A DNA stretch of 64,000 nucleotides, from assembly GCF_001194135.2 (NCBI RefSeq), contig NC_068981.1, positions 21,684,974-21,748,973 of the forward strand. The letters run 5' to 3'. This document shows positions 38,655-51,869 of this stretch, piece by piece; within the stretch, counting starts at the first letter, position 1; each line of letters starts with the position of its first letter. A model generated the notes under the pieces. That model saw only the letters and a program-made list of their open reading frames with translations, was not told the DNA's origin and ran no database searches. The stretch comes from Octopus bimaculoides. Lineage: Eukaryota. The translations under genes and the position numbers were made by a program.

Positions 38655-38661
38655 CATATAT

Positions 38662-38810
38662 ATGACAGGCTTTTTTCTGTTTCTGTCTACCAAATCCAAT
38701 CCACTCATAAGGCTTTGGTTGGCTGAGGGTTATAGGAGAAGACACTTATCTAACATGTCACACAGAACCATATGGTTGGGAAGTGTGCTCCTCACCACAC
38801 AATCATGTCT
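38662..38810 (-). mobile_element. SINE type B 5' half (degraded)
   Basis: tttctgtctaccaaatcc..ccactcataaggctttggtt is the reverse complement of the type B body. Confidence 0.7.
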
Positions 38811-39321
38811 ATGTATATATAGATATATGTGTAAGTGCATGTCTTTGTCTGTGTATATATATTTATGCTTATTATGTGTGTGTCTGTATAAATTTTTAAG
38901 CCTTCAGCATAGTCTCTGCCCTACAATTCTATAAGTCTCAAACATGTTAACAGTTAACAGTTATTTATGAAGTAGCAGTATTTTTAAAATCCCCATAAAA
39001 GCTATAAATTTGAAGAAATATAACACCCGCTGTTTGCCATGTCTTTTTAAATTTCTACTTCCTTTCTCCAGAAGGTTTATTTTTCTTTTTTAAATGTTTT
39101 CACTTGAGAATCTTGTGAAATCCTGTTAAACTCAGATAGTGTTTCATAGACCCACCCAATTCCAAGATTTTGGCCAAACAAACAACTGTAATCCTTTCTG
39201 TTTAACTTTTGTATAAATAATTACACAATATCACTGATATTCTTATAACTATAAATGTGTAAATGTACTTATATATGAGTGTAAGCTTTGTATATCTATG
39301 TTACTATATATGTACATGTAC

Positions 39322-39362
<41 letters not shown>

Positions 39363-39794
39363 ATGTATGCTTGTATGTACATATAATGTATAAATGTTTG
39401 TGTGTGCTGTGTATATAAGATCAGTATATGTGGTACAGTTTATATGTAGGGAGCTATGCATATACAGCATATGTATAAAATACATATGTCTTTGTACATG
39501 TAGAATATATATGCAATGTAAAGCACAGCATGTAACCAGAGTTCAGGCTCAATTGTAGGTCCTGCACTTCATTTCTATATCCAATGTGGTACGATTTGGG
39601 GTATCAACTCAGAAAGATAAGCTGCAGTGCAGAATATGAGCCACAAAACATATGTGGTATTTATGTTTTATAAAACATACATGTGCTTGAGGAAATTACT
39701 TCCAGGATTACATAAATTACATAAGTGTTTGTTGAAACATTATATAATCTTGTTAACAACATCCTTAGTGTTTAGCAACAAGAGGTAAGATGGA

Positions 39795-39925
39795 GAGGAG
39801 CTTCAGCTAGGGTCCTCACGGGCAAGGCACATAGGTATAAAGTCTTCTGGGAAGGTAACATGGATGGAGTAGGAGGTGTAATCATACTCCTTGTGGAGAA
39901 ATGGGAGGATAATGTCACAGAGGTT
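39795..39925 (+). mobile_element. RTE apurinic endonuclease domain fragment
   Basis: SARVLTGKAHRYKVFWEGNMDGVGGVIILLVEKWEDNV resembles the RTE APE segment (..GVGILL.EKW). Confidence 0.65.
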
Positions 39926-40478
39926 TTTTTTTGTTTATTTGCATTACTATCTCCATATCTGCTCACCTGAATTCCACTTATAGCCACATTTTACTCTGCA
40001 GACTTAGTCCTTGGCAAAGATAAGATTTCAGAGTGTAACTTCAAATCATTTGAGCACTACTGTTTCCTATATTGAACATCTCTGGATCTCATCTACTGAG
40101 TTTTTCCCTCCCCCATCTCTCTCTCTTGATGGAAATCACGGATAATATATTTTCTCTTCTGTGAATTATTCATCTCACTATATCACAACAAGAAATGTCT
40201 ATTGTGGCAGAATTTATTAGAAATGTCTAGCATGGCAGAATTTTGAACTTAGAGTCAAGAAATTATGGCAGGAAATAATCAGAAGCTTATCAGATTTTTA
40301 TCATTCACTTTTCCATGCTTGCATGGGTTAGTGGGATAGATGGAAGTTGTTGAGTTAGATTTGTTAATTCCAGGTGCCCTTCCTGTCACCAACCCTCACC
40401 TCTTTCCAAATAAGGTGATATTTCTTCATAACTAATCATGTTTTCTCATGGAAGACTGGAGACGAAAATCTCACTTGT

Positions 40479-40517
<39 letters not shown>

Positions 40518-40604
40518 CTCATTTACAAACATTACATGATATCAGGACAAGGAGACACAGACATATGCAGAAATACACACACATACACACACACACAACT
40601 GACC

Positions 40605-40755
40605 TCCACACCGTTTTGATGTACCAGAGTCACTCACAAGGCATTAGTTGACCTAGGGCTATAGTAGAAGATGCTTGCCTAAGGTGCTGCACAATGGAAT
40701 TGAACCCAGACCACATGGCTGGGAAGCAAACTTTTTAACCACATAGCCATTCCTG
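40605..40755 (-). mobile_element. SINE type B 5' half (degraded)
   Basis: cactcacaaggc..gggctatagtagaagatgcttgcctaagg.. is the reverse complement of the type B head and body. Confidence 0.7.
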
Positions 40756-42616
40756 TTTTCCAATTAATTACTTGTAAAATTTAATCAATGTGCGCTTTGT
40801 TTACTGGGTAGGCCCATGTGTTGACTAGCTTTCTTACCAGTTCATCTGTTTTTAAGAGCAAGAAAATGTAGAAAATAAAATCTTCGACTTACGACTGGTT
40901 GAAATCATGTTATATGTATTACAGTGATTTAATCCTGTTTTTTCAGGCCACTTTTTTGTTTTTGTTTTTTACTTCTAGCTTTAGTGAAAAACATACACAA
41001 ATACACATACATATACACACACACACGCGCGGAGAGACACAGGCACTCTTACTTATGTAACATATATGGACATAAATACTTCTAGCCTTCACTACACATA
41101 CGTGCATACTTTGTATATCTTTTTCTCTTTCCCCCTTTTTCTCTCTCACACGCATATTTGTAAACAACTCAGGCATAAGTGTACATACACAGGCAATATA
41201 TCCAATCAAATTTATTTATTCATGTTTGGCCAAGAATTTTTTCAACTATTTATTTCAATTTTTTTCCCCCCCCCATTTGTTTATTTAATGGTCTTTTAAC
41301 ATCTCTGTTTGGAATCTGGCTGATAAAAACGACATCCTTTCACTACTTGTGAGAAATTGATTTGATTGGTCTTTTGGAGTGTTGCACATTTAAAAATTAA
41401 ATTAACAATCACCACCATCTAACCTTAAGTCTCTCCCACCTCAATACCAGCCACCTGTCACCAAAACCACCGCCACCATTGTCACTGAGATTGCCAACAC
41501 CACCATCACTACCACCACCAACCACCCCACCACTTCCCTTACCAACACCACTGCCACTGTCACCAGTTAAAGATCACGATGGCAGCCACAAAATGCATGT
41601 TATTTTACTTAGAGTTTAGGATCTTGTTTATTTCCTTTCCTTGTTGTTATTTCTAACTTTTCACTCTGTTTAGGTTCAAGGATGACACACAGTTCTTCTA
41701 TTCCCCTACTTCTACCCCCCCCGCCCACAACACACACTTGTACATACATATACATCTAGGAATAAATCTGCATCAACACTAAACATAATGTTTTGCTGTG
41801 TATTCTTACCAAATGCTACCACAATAAGAACTGACTCTTATAATGAAATCCTTAACTGGGATGGGTGATTGGCATAATCATTAGAGTGTTGAATACATTC
41901 TAATGGCTTTCAATGTTCTGAGTTATAAGTTCTACAAAAGTCAGCTTTGCTTTTCCTCCTTCTGGGGTTGTTAAAATAAAGCACCAATTAAATACCAGAA
42001 TCAATTTAATCAGAGCGTGAATGGTGTGAAAGCATCATGTATACGTGCATGTGTGTGTGTGTGTGTGTGTATACACACATACACATATATGTGTAAACAG
42101 AGTTAGTGGTTATAGTAACTGACTAAGAGATAAAATATCTGTATATATTATTGGTATCCATTACCTGTATTACCCCGGGGCAATGGTGTGCAGGCACACC
42201 ATACACGTAGAGTGCAGATAGCAACAGGATAAACAAGAGTTTATCAGGAATAATTAGAAAATGGAGAAAACCACAGATTAACCAGCACACCGATTCGACC
42301 ACATTTGTAGCTTATTTTTTTAATACAAAGCATGACATAATAAAATAAGTGACCTAACATATCTTACAGCCATTACTGATCGGATTGCCAGAATGCAGTC
42401 TATACATAATTGCGAGAATAAAATTCTTCATCTTCATAGGGCATTCGAATTGGGGCAACAGATCTTAATCAGAGTGAAAAAACAAGAGCATACAATATAA
42501 ACAAAAGGAAGAAGGAGAAAGAAAGAAAAAATCGCTTAAACAAATAGTCTAGAAGCCCAATATGTTAAGAGCAAATAATTATTTACCTTCAGGGTTTCAG
42601 GGATGGTAGGTGAAAA

Positions 42617-43210
42617 TGTTGTATAATGAAATTGTATACCCCACCTGGTAAAAAGTAGTCGTGAATAGACCATTATAAATAGACCAGTAGCCGGTCATCA
42701 AGAGAGGGTCAAGAGTCAAAGAGTTGAGGGTCAACAGTTCTAGTTGGTGTCTTGTGGAGCTATCAGCAATAGTAAGCCAGAAGAAGTTAGTGTTTTACTA
42801 TTCTGTACGGAGAGATACAATTGTATCCAATGACTAGTAACTATTGTGGCTACTAGTGTAAAACAGCAACTACAGTACAAAGGCAGTCAGACATCACACC
42901 AGTGGGAGGAACCCACTTTACAACAATGGCAGCGAGGAAAAACAAATTTATGCAAAGTAAAAAAAAACCTTCACACAGTGAGTTTAAACTAATTAACGTG
43001 AGAAGTTAAATAACTCGATAGAAAAGAAACCAAAATCTTGTGCAAACTTATGAAAATCGTAAAATATAGAAGACTTGTTAGCTGGGATAGTTGAGATGCA
43101 AAAACAGCAACAACAACAACTCAAGGAACAATGAGAACAACAACAAGGATTGCAGCAGCAAATGTTACAAGTAATGCAGTTGATAACCAGACTGGAGAAT
43201 ACATTTCTCC
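42617..43210 (+). mobile_element. Gypsy 5' LTR, PBS and gag start (related family)
   Basis: LTR TGTTGTAT...TTTACAACA (42617-42925) shares gtcttgtggagctatcagcaata with the 62350 family. PBS-like TGGCAGCGAG at 42927-42936 is followed by a Q-rich gag start. Confidence 0.75.
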
Positions 43211-43669
43211 AACCTACGGTACACTCTTTAAAGTTGTTGGCATTAGGAAGGGTATCCAGCTATAGAAACCATGTCAAAGTGGATATTGAAGCATGATTCT
43301 GTTCTTCAACTTGTCAGATTTTGTTGTTGATGTTGCATTCATTGTGATTCATTATCATGTTTGTGAAGCCAAGTTATGGTGGTAGGTTGATACGGCTGTT
43401 GTTAATGATGTCAATGTTGGTATGGTATGCAGTATCACTAAATGTTGTTCTATCAATGATGACGTCAAGAATTACATCAACAGGAAATTGATGTCCTGAT
43501 AATGATAAAGAATATAACAGTAATAGTTGCTTTCATAGTTACAAGCCCTGTAATTTAAAGAACGGAAATAGTTGATTACATCAATCTCAGTAGGGAGTTG
43601 GTATTTTTATTTTATCAACATTGGAAGAGTGAAAGGCTAAGTTGACCAAAAGATCAGAACATAGACACA

Positions 43670-43825
43670 GACACGGCAGTGTGATTGAGAAGCTTGCTTC
43701 CCATCCAGGTGATCATGCATTCAGTCCCACTGTGTGACAACTTGGGCAAGTGTCTTCTACAATAGCCTCAGGCTGACCAAAGCCTTGTGAGTGGATTTGG
43801 TAGATGGAAACTGAAAGAAGCCCAT
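43670..43825 (+). mobile_element. SINE type B 5' half
   Basis: ttcagtcccactgtgtgacaacttgggcaagtgtcttctac..ggatttggtagatggaaactgaaagaagccc followed by (TA)n. Confidence 0.8.
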
Positions 43826-43871
43826 ATAAAGATATGTTTATATATATATATATTTATATATATATATATAT

Positions 43872-44060
43872 ATTCGCCATGATAGATCACTAACCACTAC
43901 ACATACTTTTTTTCTCTCCTTGTTTTTTTCTGTGTTCCTTTCTGTGGAAGAGCGTAGGCTCGAAATGTTAAAGACTTTTTAATTCCTGAGCGTTATACTA
44001 ATACATCTGTTTGTTTTCTACACCACCTATCTTTGTCTGTTTTTTTGTGAATTCTCCCTA
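43872..44060 (+). mobile_element. Penelope-like element terminal fragment with hammerhead-like motif (copy 2)
   Basis: CTTT-CTGTGGA-A-GAGC-GTAG-GCTC-GAAAT-GTT-AAAG at 43938-43973; homologous to 28697-28852. Confidence 0.55.
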
Positions 44061-44074
44061 TACATATATATGTA

Positions 44075-44913
44075 CGTGGTCTGATCAATAAGTATCTGGA
44101 CTGTTGCTACAGTAGCGAAGCTAAAGCATGGAGAGTAAAGCTGCTTGGCACAGATTGAGCTTGAACTCTACTGTGCACTAAGTTTTAACATTCTAGCTCA
44201 CTTCTGCTGTTTACACCAGTGCTTGGAAGGAAGGCGTGTAGTGCATGATCATTGCAATGACCATGACAGAAAAAGTTGGGTAGAGAATCTGCATGGAATT
44301 TTGCCAAAAGCTTGGCGATAACTGCTCAGAGGCTCACGCAAAGTTTTCAAAAAGCTTTCATTGTACTCGACACAATCAAGGAGATCTTGTGCAACTGAAA
44401 CCCGAGTGTCCTTTTGGTCAGCTGAAAGCAGTTTTGGCACAAACTTGGTAGACACGCATCTCATAGCCAAATCTTCAGTGATAATAGACTGAACTAAACC
44501 GTAACTAATCTGCCCATCCTCTGATAACTCATAGATGGTGATTACCCTCACAGCTGCATGCACATCTGTGAAGTTTTTCTCAGTTCAGCTGGTTGCAGAT
44601 CTTCCAAAATGTTCGCCAATAGTGACATGTTTCAGCCATCTTGGAAACATCTAAACCACTCATACACTTGTGTGCAGCTCATACACTCCTCTCCATACAC
44701 TTTCTGCAATTTTGCGTAGGCCTCTGAGTAGGTATCACCATGATAACTTTCTTTGTCATGGTCAATGCGACGATCACACATTATACAGCTTTCTTCCAAG
44801 CACTGCGGAAATGAGCTAGAATGCTAAAACTTAGTGTGTCTGCACAGCAGAGTTCATGATCAATCTGGGCCAAGCAACTTTACTCTGCGTGCTTCAGTTT
44901 CGTTACTATGGCG
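44075..44913. mobile_element. Mariner-derived foldback element (copy 2, opposite orientation, right end truncated)
   Basis: TA|CGTGGTCTGATCAATAAGTATCTGGACTG; colinear with the reverse complement of 10351-11215 throughout. Confidence 0.9.
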
Positions 44914-45889
44914 AACTTATACTCCTCAGTAGGTAATATTTTAAGGAAAAATAAAAGACGTTTAAAGTTCATAGCTCTTTTATTAGTTATCATTTTAGAT
45001 AATTTATATATTCATTCTTTCAGTCATGCTTATTTGAATCTAGACTAAAAAAATAAATAGGATGTGGGTGCTGGTATATCTTATATTTAATTTGATTTTT
45101 CTCCCTGTGAAATCAAACAAAATATAAGATACACTAGCACACACATACTATTTTTTTTTTTTTAGTCTACATTCAAATAAGATTCATATATAGGAATATG
45201 AAGAAAAAAAAAAGACTATAATCCATTTTAACATCCAGTCTCCTTCATTTCATAAATATGAATGAATTTCTTGAACTTTATTTAATAAGTTAAGTCATAT
45301 ACTGATTATTTCAATACAATACGAATTAAAAAAAGAAATTTGAAAGTAACGTATGAAGAAAAGACATTAGAAATCTAAGAAAAAAATTCCAATATATATA
45401 TATGAGTGTGTGTTTTCATGCTTGTGTTGTATTTGGTTTAGGTAGGAGGAAACTGAAGTATGATTTTTATGCCCAGGTGCTCTTCCTGCTGCCAACCTTT
45501 GCCTGTTTTTCAACTAAAGGATTTCTTCTCCTTCTTGAAGAATTTGAAAGCACAAACAGAGTTAGTCAATGATTAATTGACAGGAAAATATCAACAAATG
45601 GTACCGGTTGCTGCCCAAACATAAGTAACGACGGCACTGTGAGCAGCTGAGCCGTAACAATGATGTCATCATTTGCCTCCATACTTCAGCTTACCCTTGT
45701 TGACATCTTCACACACACATACACACACACACGCACACACACACACACACATGCACATAAACTCACACATACACACACGTGCACACACACGAACACACAT
45801 GCATGCATGCACATAAACACATGCACACACACATGCACATGCACGCACGCACGCACGCACGCACACACACATTCATCATTACCATACTC

Positions 45890-46131
45890 TCTTTTACTCT
45901 TTTTACTCTTTTACCTGTTTCAGTCATTTGACTGTGGCCATGCTGGAGCACCGCCTTTAGTCGAGCAAATTGACCCCAGGACTTATTCTTTGTAAGCCTA
46001 GTACTTATTCTATCGGTTTCTTTTGTCGAACTGCTAAGTTATGGGGACGTAAACACACCACCATTGGTTGTCAAGCTATAGTGGGGGGATAAACACAGAC
46101 ACACACCTACATACACACACACACACATACA
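45890..46131 (-). mobile_element. SINE type B 3' half
   Basis: tactcttttactc..tttcagtcatttgactgtggccatgctggagcaccgcc is the reverse complement of the 3' half; runs into a microsatellite and gap. Confidence 0.85.
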
Positions 46132-46311
46132 NNNNNNNNNNNNNNNNNNNNNNNNNNNNNNNNNNNNNNNNNNNNNNNNNNNNNNNNNNNNNNNNNNNNN
46201 NNNNNNNNNNNNNNNNNNNNNNNNNNNNNNNNNNNNNNNNNNNNNNNNNNNNNNNNNNNNNNNNNNNNNNNNNNNNNNNNNNNNNNNNNNNNNNNNNNNN
46301 NNNNNNNNNNN

Positions 46312-46344
<33 letters not shown>

Positions 46345-46481
46345 GTATATATATATGTATATATATATATGTGTGTGTATATAATAGTATTAGGGATAAA
46401 AATCCAAATTTACAGGTAAAAACTCAGTTAAATTCAATTTATCAAAAATTAAAATTAAATTAAGTTTCACAGTATAAAATA

Positions 46482-46735
46482 TATAAATATATAATTTTAG
46501 AGAAAAGAACCAAAGTTCATGAACTCATCCATGAAAATCCACAGTCACATATAGAAAAAAATTAATAAGTAAATGCACGAAAAATCATTATTATCATTAT
46601 TTTATGATTTTTACTTTGTATTTTATTATACTTATTTTTCGTGCATTTACTTATTAATTTTTTCTATATGTGACTGTGCATTTCCATGGATGAGTTCATG
46701 AACTTTGGTTCTTTTCTCTAAAATTATATATTTAT
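46482..46735. repeat. Inverted repeat (~103-bp arms, ~48-bp spacer)
   Basis: 46482-46585 is the reverse complement of 46634-46735 with very few mismatches. Confidence 0.92.
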
Positions 46736-46745
46736 GTGTATATAT

Positions 46746-46968
46746 ATTGCCAGTATCGCCTGATTGGCCTTCGTGCGGGTGACACGTAAAAGCACCCACT
46801 ACACTCTCGGAGTGGTTGGCGTTAGGAAGGGCATCCAGCTGTAGAAACTCTGCCAAATCAGATTGGAGCCTGGTGTAGCCATCTGGTTTCACCAGTCCTC
46901 AGTCAAATCGTCCAACCCATGCTAGCATGGAAAGCGGACGTTAAACGACGATGATGATGATGATGATA
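46746..46968 (+). mobile_element. RTE LINE 3' end (young)
   Basis: Near-identical to 57210-57430, with an (ATG)n tail. Confidence 0.9.
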
Positions 46969-47560
46969 CATATATATATACATATACACACACATATACA
47001 ATATATGTGGGGCTTGCCAATTCTTGTCAATCTGTCCAACGCTTGCCAGCATGGAAGATGGATGTTAAATGATGATGATGATGATGGTTCCCTCACTACG
47101 TATTGGTCAGCCCAGGATTATCATAAAAAGTATTTGCTTCCTTGTTTAATACACACATATTTTAAAAATATTTCCTAAATTGCTGTAAACATTGAGTCAT
47201 AAACTTTGGTAAACATTCAACCAGTATTTTGTTATTACATTTTCCTAATTTGCGGGTTTTTTTTAAAAATTTCATATAACATGTGGAAAAAGGAAAATTA
47301 AGGAAGTAGTTAGCTGGTAATGACATCACAGTTAATATCTGGAAAGTGAATTAAGCAATTTATAAATAAATTCAATAAGTACAGGTCAGGCAAAGTTCAA
47401 ATGTTTTCATACCATGTGTATTTCTGAGTGATTTCAACAGATTATACTTTTTGTGTTGGGCTTACCATTTTCTGTGTAGAATTTTTTCTTGATTTCAATG
47501 CATTGGAACCACAAGTAGCAGTTTGCTGTTCAAAACAAGGTATATAATGGCAGTTGAACA

Positions 47561-47731
47561 GGCGTAGGAGTGGCTGTGTGGTAAGTAGCTTGCTTACCAA
47601 CCACATGGTTCTAGGTTCAGTCTCACTGCGTGGCACCTTGGGCAAGTGTCTTCTACTATAGCCTCGGGCCGACCAAAGCCTTGCGAGTGGATTTGGTAGA
47701 CAGAAACTGAAAGAAGCCCGTCGTATGTATG

Positions 47732-47768
<37 letters not shown>

Positions 47769-47782
47769 ATGTTTGTGTGTCT
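47561..47782 (+). mobile_element. SINE type B 5' half plus internal microsatellite
   Basis: Best-preserved head aggcgtaggagtggctgtgtggtaag...gaaagaagcccgtcg, then TA/TG repeat and a gap. Confidence 0.88.
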
Positions 47783-48360
47783 NNNNNNNNNNNNNNNNNN
47801 NNNNNNNNNNNNNNNNNNNNNNNNNNNNNNNNNNNNNNNNNNNNNNNNNNNNNNNNNNNNNNNNNNNNNNNNNNNNNNNNNNNNNNNNNNNNNNNNNNNN
47901 NNNNNNNNNNNNNNNNNNNNNNNNNNNNNNNNNNNNNNNNNNNNNNNNNNNNNNNNNNNNNNNNNNNNNNNNNNNNNNNNNNNNNNNNNNNNNNNNNNNN
48001 NNNNNNNNNNNNNNNNNNNNNNNNNNNNNNNNNNNNNNNNNNNNNNNNNNNNNNNNNNNNNNNNNNNNNNNNNNNNNNNNNNNNNNNNNNNNNNNNNNNN
48101 NNNNNNNNNNNNNNNNNNNNNNNNNNNNNNNNNNNNNNNNNNNNNNNNNNNNNNNNNNNNNNNNNNNNNNNNNNNNNNNNNNNNNNNNNNNNNNNNNNNN
48201 NNNNNNNNNNNNNNNNNNNNNNNNNNNNNNNNNNNNNNNNNNNNNNNNNNNNNNNNNNNNNNNNNNNNNNNNNNNNNNNNNNNNNNNNNNNNNNNNNNNN
48301 NNNNNNNNNNNNNNNNNNNNNNNNNNNNNNNNNNNNNNNNNNNNNNNNNNNNNNNNNNNN

Positions 48361-48391
<31 letters not shown>

Positions 48392-48929
48392 GTGTCCAAT
48401 GATGTTATTCCAAGCTCAATGGTGTGTTTTAGATACCTTTTTTCTATAAGGAGGATTTTTTTTTTCTCTCAAGACAATTTCTGTAGTGGATGTCTTTCCA
48501 TGTCCAAGTGTACATAAACATATTAAATATGATTGTACACACTTACATTTCACTAAACATTGTTTAGTGTACCTATAATTAATAAATAGATATTTATATG
48601 TGTGTGTGTGTGTATACATATATGTATGTATGTATATGTATATATATATATATATATATGTATGTATATATGTGTGTGTGTGTGTCTATGTATATATACA
48701 CATATATACATACATATATACATATATATATACACATATATACACACACACACACATACTATACATGTATATACATGTATGCCTGTCTTTCTACCTCTCT
48801 CTCCCTCTCTCCCCTCTCTTTCTCTCTCTATATATCATCATCATCGTTGTTGTTTAGTGTTCACTTTCCATGGTCTATTTGTTTATTGGTCTATTCAATT
48901 ACGAGTGACCTGGGACTAAATAACTAATA

Positions 48930-49157
48930 TTAGGTTGTCCGGAAAGTTTGTGCCAATGTATAGTAGCTTACCTTTTGACTTATTTGCCATGCAACCACCT
49001 CAATTCTGGGAAGAGGGTATTTTCAAGTTAAAGGAAAGATAGAAACGCATTGTGCAACAAAATCGTTCATATTTGGTTGATTAAAAATGTAATGGCAAGT
49101 ATTTATTGACCTTTTTCTTTCGTTTAAAAATCGGCATGAACTTTCCAGACAACCCAA
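48930..49157. mobile_element. Mariner deletion derivative/MITE (228 bp)
   Basis: TA|TTAGGTTGTCCGGAAAGTTTGTGCC...GGCATGAACTTTCCAGACAACCCAA|TA. It retains the transposase end PPQFWEEGIFKLKER*KRIVQQNRSYLVD*. Confidence 0.9.
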
Positions 49158-50306
49158 TACTAAGAAACATAAACTTTAAATTTACATTATATTCAAATGC
49201 ATAAAAAAACACACAAGAATATTAGATGCACACCAATTTCAACAGCATATATTGAGATTTCCAGGGCATTAAAGTATGTATNNNNNNNNNNNNNNNNNNN
49301 NNNNNNNNNNNNNNNNNNNNNNNNNNNNNNNNNNNNNNNNNNNNNNNNNNNNNNNNNNNNNNNNNNNNNNNNNNNNNNNNNNNNNNNNNNNNNNNNNNNN
49401 NNNNNNNNNNNNNNNNNNNNNNNNNNNNNNNNNNNNNNNNNNNNNNNNNNNNNNNNNNNNNNNNNNNNNNNNNNNNNNNNNNNNNNNNNNNNNNNNNNNN
49501 NNNNNNNNNNNNNNNNNNNNNNNNNNNNNNNNNNNNNNNNNNNNNNNNNNNNNNNNNNNNNNNNNNNNNNNNNNNNNNNNNNNNNNNNNNNNNNNNNNNN
49601 NNNNNNNNNNNNNNNNNNNNNNNNNNNNNNNNNNNNNNNNNNNNNNNNNNNNNNNNNNNNNNNNNNNNNNNNNNNNNNNNNNNNNNNNNNNNNNNNNNNN
49701 NNNNNNNNNNNNNNNNNNNNNNNNNNNNNNNNNNNNNNNNNNNNNNNNNNNNNNNNNNNNNNNNNNNNNNNNNNNNNNNNNNNNNNNNNNNNNNNNNNNN
49801 NNNNNNNNNNNNNNNNNNNNNNNNNNNNNNNNNNNNNNNNNNNNNNNNNNNNNNNNNNNNNNNNNNNNNNNNNNNNNNNNNNNNNNNNNNNNNNNNNNNN
49901 NNNNNNNNNNNNNNNNNNNNNNNNNNNNNNNNNNNNNNNNNNNNNNNNNNNNNNNNNNNNNNNNNNNNNNNNNNNNNNNNNNNNNNNNNNNNNNNNNNNN
50001 NNNNNNNNNNNNNNNNNNNNNNNNNNNNNNNNNNNNNNNNNNNNNNNNNNNNNNNNNNNNNNNNNNNNNNNNNNNNNNNNNNNNNNNNNNNNNNNNNNNN
50101 NNNNNNNNNNNNNNNNNNNNNNNNNNNNNNNNNNNNNNNNNNNNNNGGTAGGGGCATATGAATAAAGAAAGAAACTCCTCCTTCCCCACCCTTCATATTT
50201 ATTATAGCTGAAAGTGATTTAAAAACTGCTGACACTAACAGATCTGTGTCTACCCCTACCAGACTGTCCTGAGAATAGTAGATCTGGGAAGGGCTCTCTC
50301 TTTCAC

Positions 50307-50350
<44 letters not shown>

Positions 50351-51130
50351 ATCCCCTCCGGAAGACTTCTGTCATCCCCACAACATAACTGCTCCACCTC
50401 TGCTTCTCCCCCACTCCCCTCTCTCTCTCACACACACATGCACACACACAATATTCACTACAATAGTGCTAACCATATCCTTAACCCCTCCCACTCCATC
50501 CGCTTCTTGAATACAACTATCACAGGAAAGATCACCACCAGCCCCATACTTTCTTAACACCCGCTTCCTTACCCAACAAACACCATAGCCACCCTATCCA
50601 CCAGCAGAAATATACACTCCCACCCTCACCTAAACACCACTTCACTATCTACCCTACATCCCTATCCACGCAACATTCTAGAAGAACCCAGTAGAACATG
50701 CATTTCACCCCCAACTAAAACTCCTTCCTTACCCAACACCATTCACAGCCACCCCAGTAGAGATATACTTCCCCATCCTCACCAAAACAACTATTCTTCT
50801 ATCCACCCCACACCATGGAAGACCCTCTCACCCACCCCATCATTCCACTACCCACCTTACACCATAGCTGAGCAACAAACCCCCACCGTTACCACCACAC
50901 CACTTCTCTATCCATCATAAAACCCTGTAATACCATCCATCTTCCTCTTGTAACTGCCCCCTTTTTTTGCGCTTCTTAGATTTCACTTGAAGTCAATGGA
51001 AGTTTTTATATCATATTTATAATTTCCTTCTGTTCAAAATGGAACTAGCTGGACTCTTCCTACCACAAACTATACTTCAGTCTTGCTGTGTGAATGTGTG
51101 TAGCTGTAGCTGCATGTATGTGTATATTTG

Positions 51131-51162
<32 letters not shown>

Positions 51163-51584
51163 ATATTGAATAGTGTGTCTATATGTGGGTGTCTCTGTGC
51201 TTGAAAAGTGTGTGAATATTAATGCTTGTGTATGAGTGAGTGTGTGTCAGTGTGTATGTTTGTGTGTACACTTCATATTATATTTTGTGCCTTTATATGT
51301 TTCTCTGTATATGTGTGTGTGATGCCTGACTGATTTATATGCATAACGATTCATGGAGATTTTTGTTTAATGATTGAGCATTGGTATATCAAGATGAAGT
51401 GAAGAAGGTCTTGAAATTTTAATGTCCCAAATGTCCCAAATGTCCCAAATGAATCATAAGGAATTCATAAGGAAATACGAAAAAATCCTTAATAAAGAAG
51501 ATTAAACTCAATCACAGTCATGTTTTCAATATAACAAATTCAAAAGGAAGACTCTTGAATACGTATATAAATATATATATGTGT

Positions 51585-51812
51585 GTGTGTATTTGTCTCT
51601 TCGCTTGTTTTCCACCACTGCTTGACAACAGGTGTTGTTGTGTTTATGTCCCTTTAACTTAGCGCTTCAGTAAAAGGGGTTCAATAGAATAAGTACCAGG
51701 CTTAAAAAAAAAAGAAGATAAGTACTAGGGTCGATTCATTTGACTAAAAATTTTCAAGGCAGTCTTCCAGCATGGCCACAGTCTAATGACTGAAACGAAT
51801 AAAAGAGAAAAG
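51585..51812 (+). mobile_element. SINE type B 3' half (degraded)
   Basis: cttgacaacaggtgttgttgtgtttatgtccctttaacttagcg..ccagcatggccacagtctaatgactgaaac. Confidence 0.75.
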
Positions 51813-51828
51813 ACATATACATACATAC

Positions 51829-51869
<41 letters not shown>

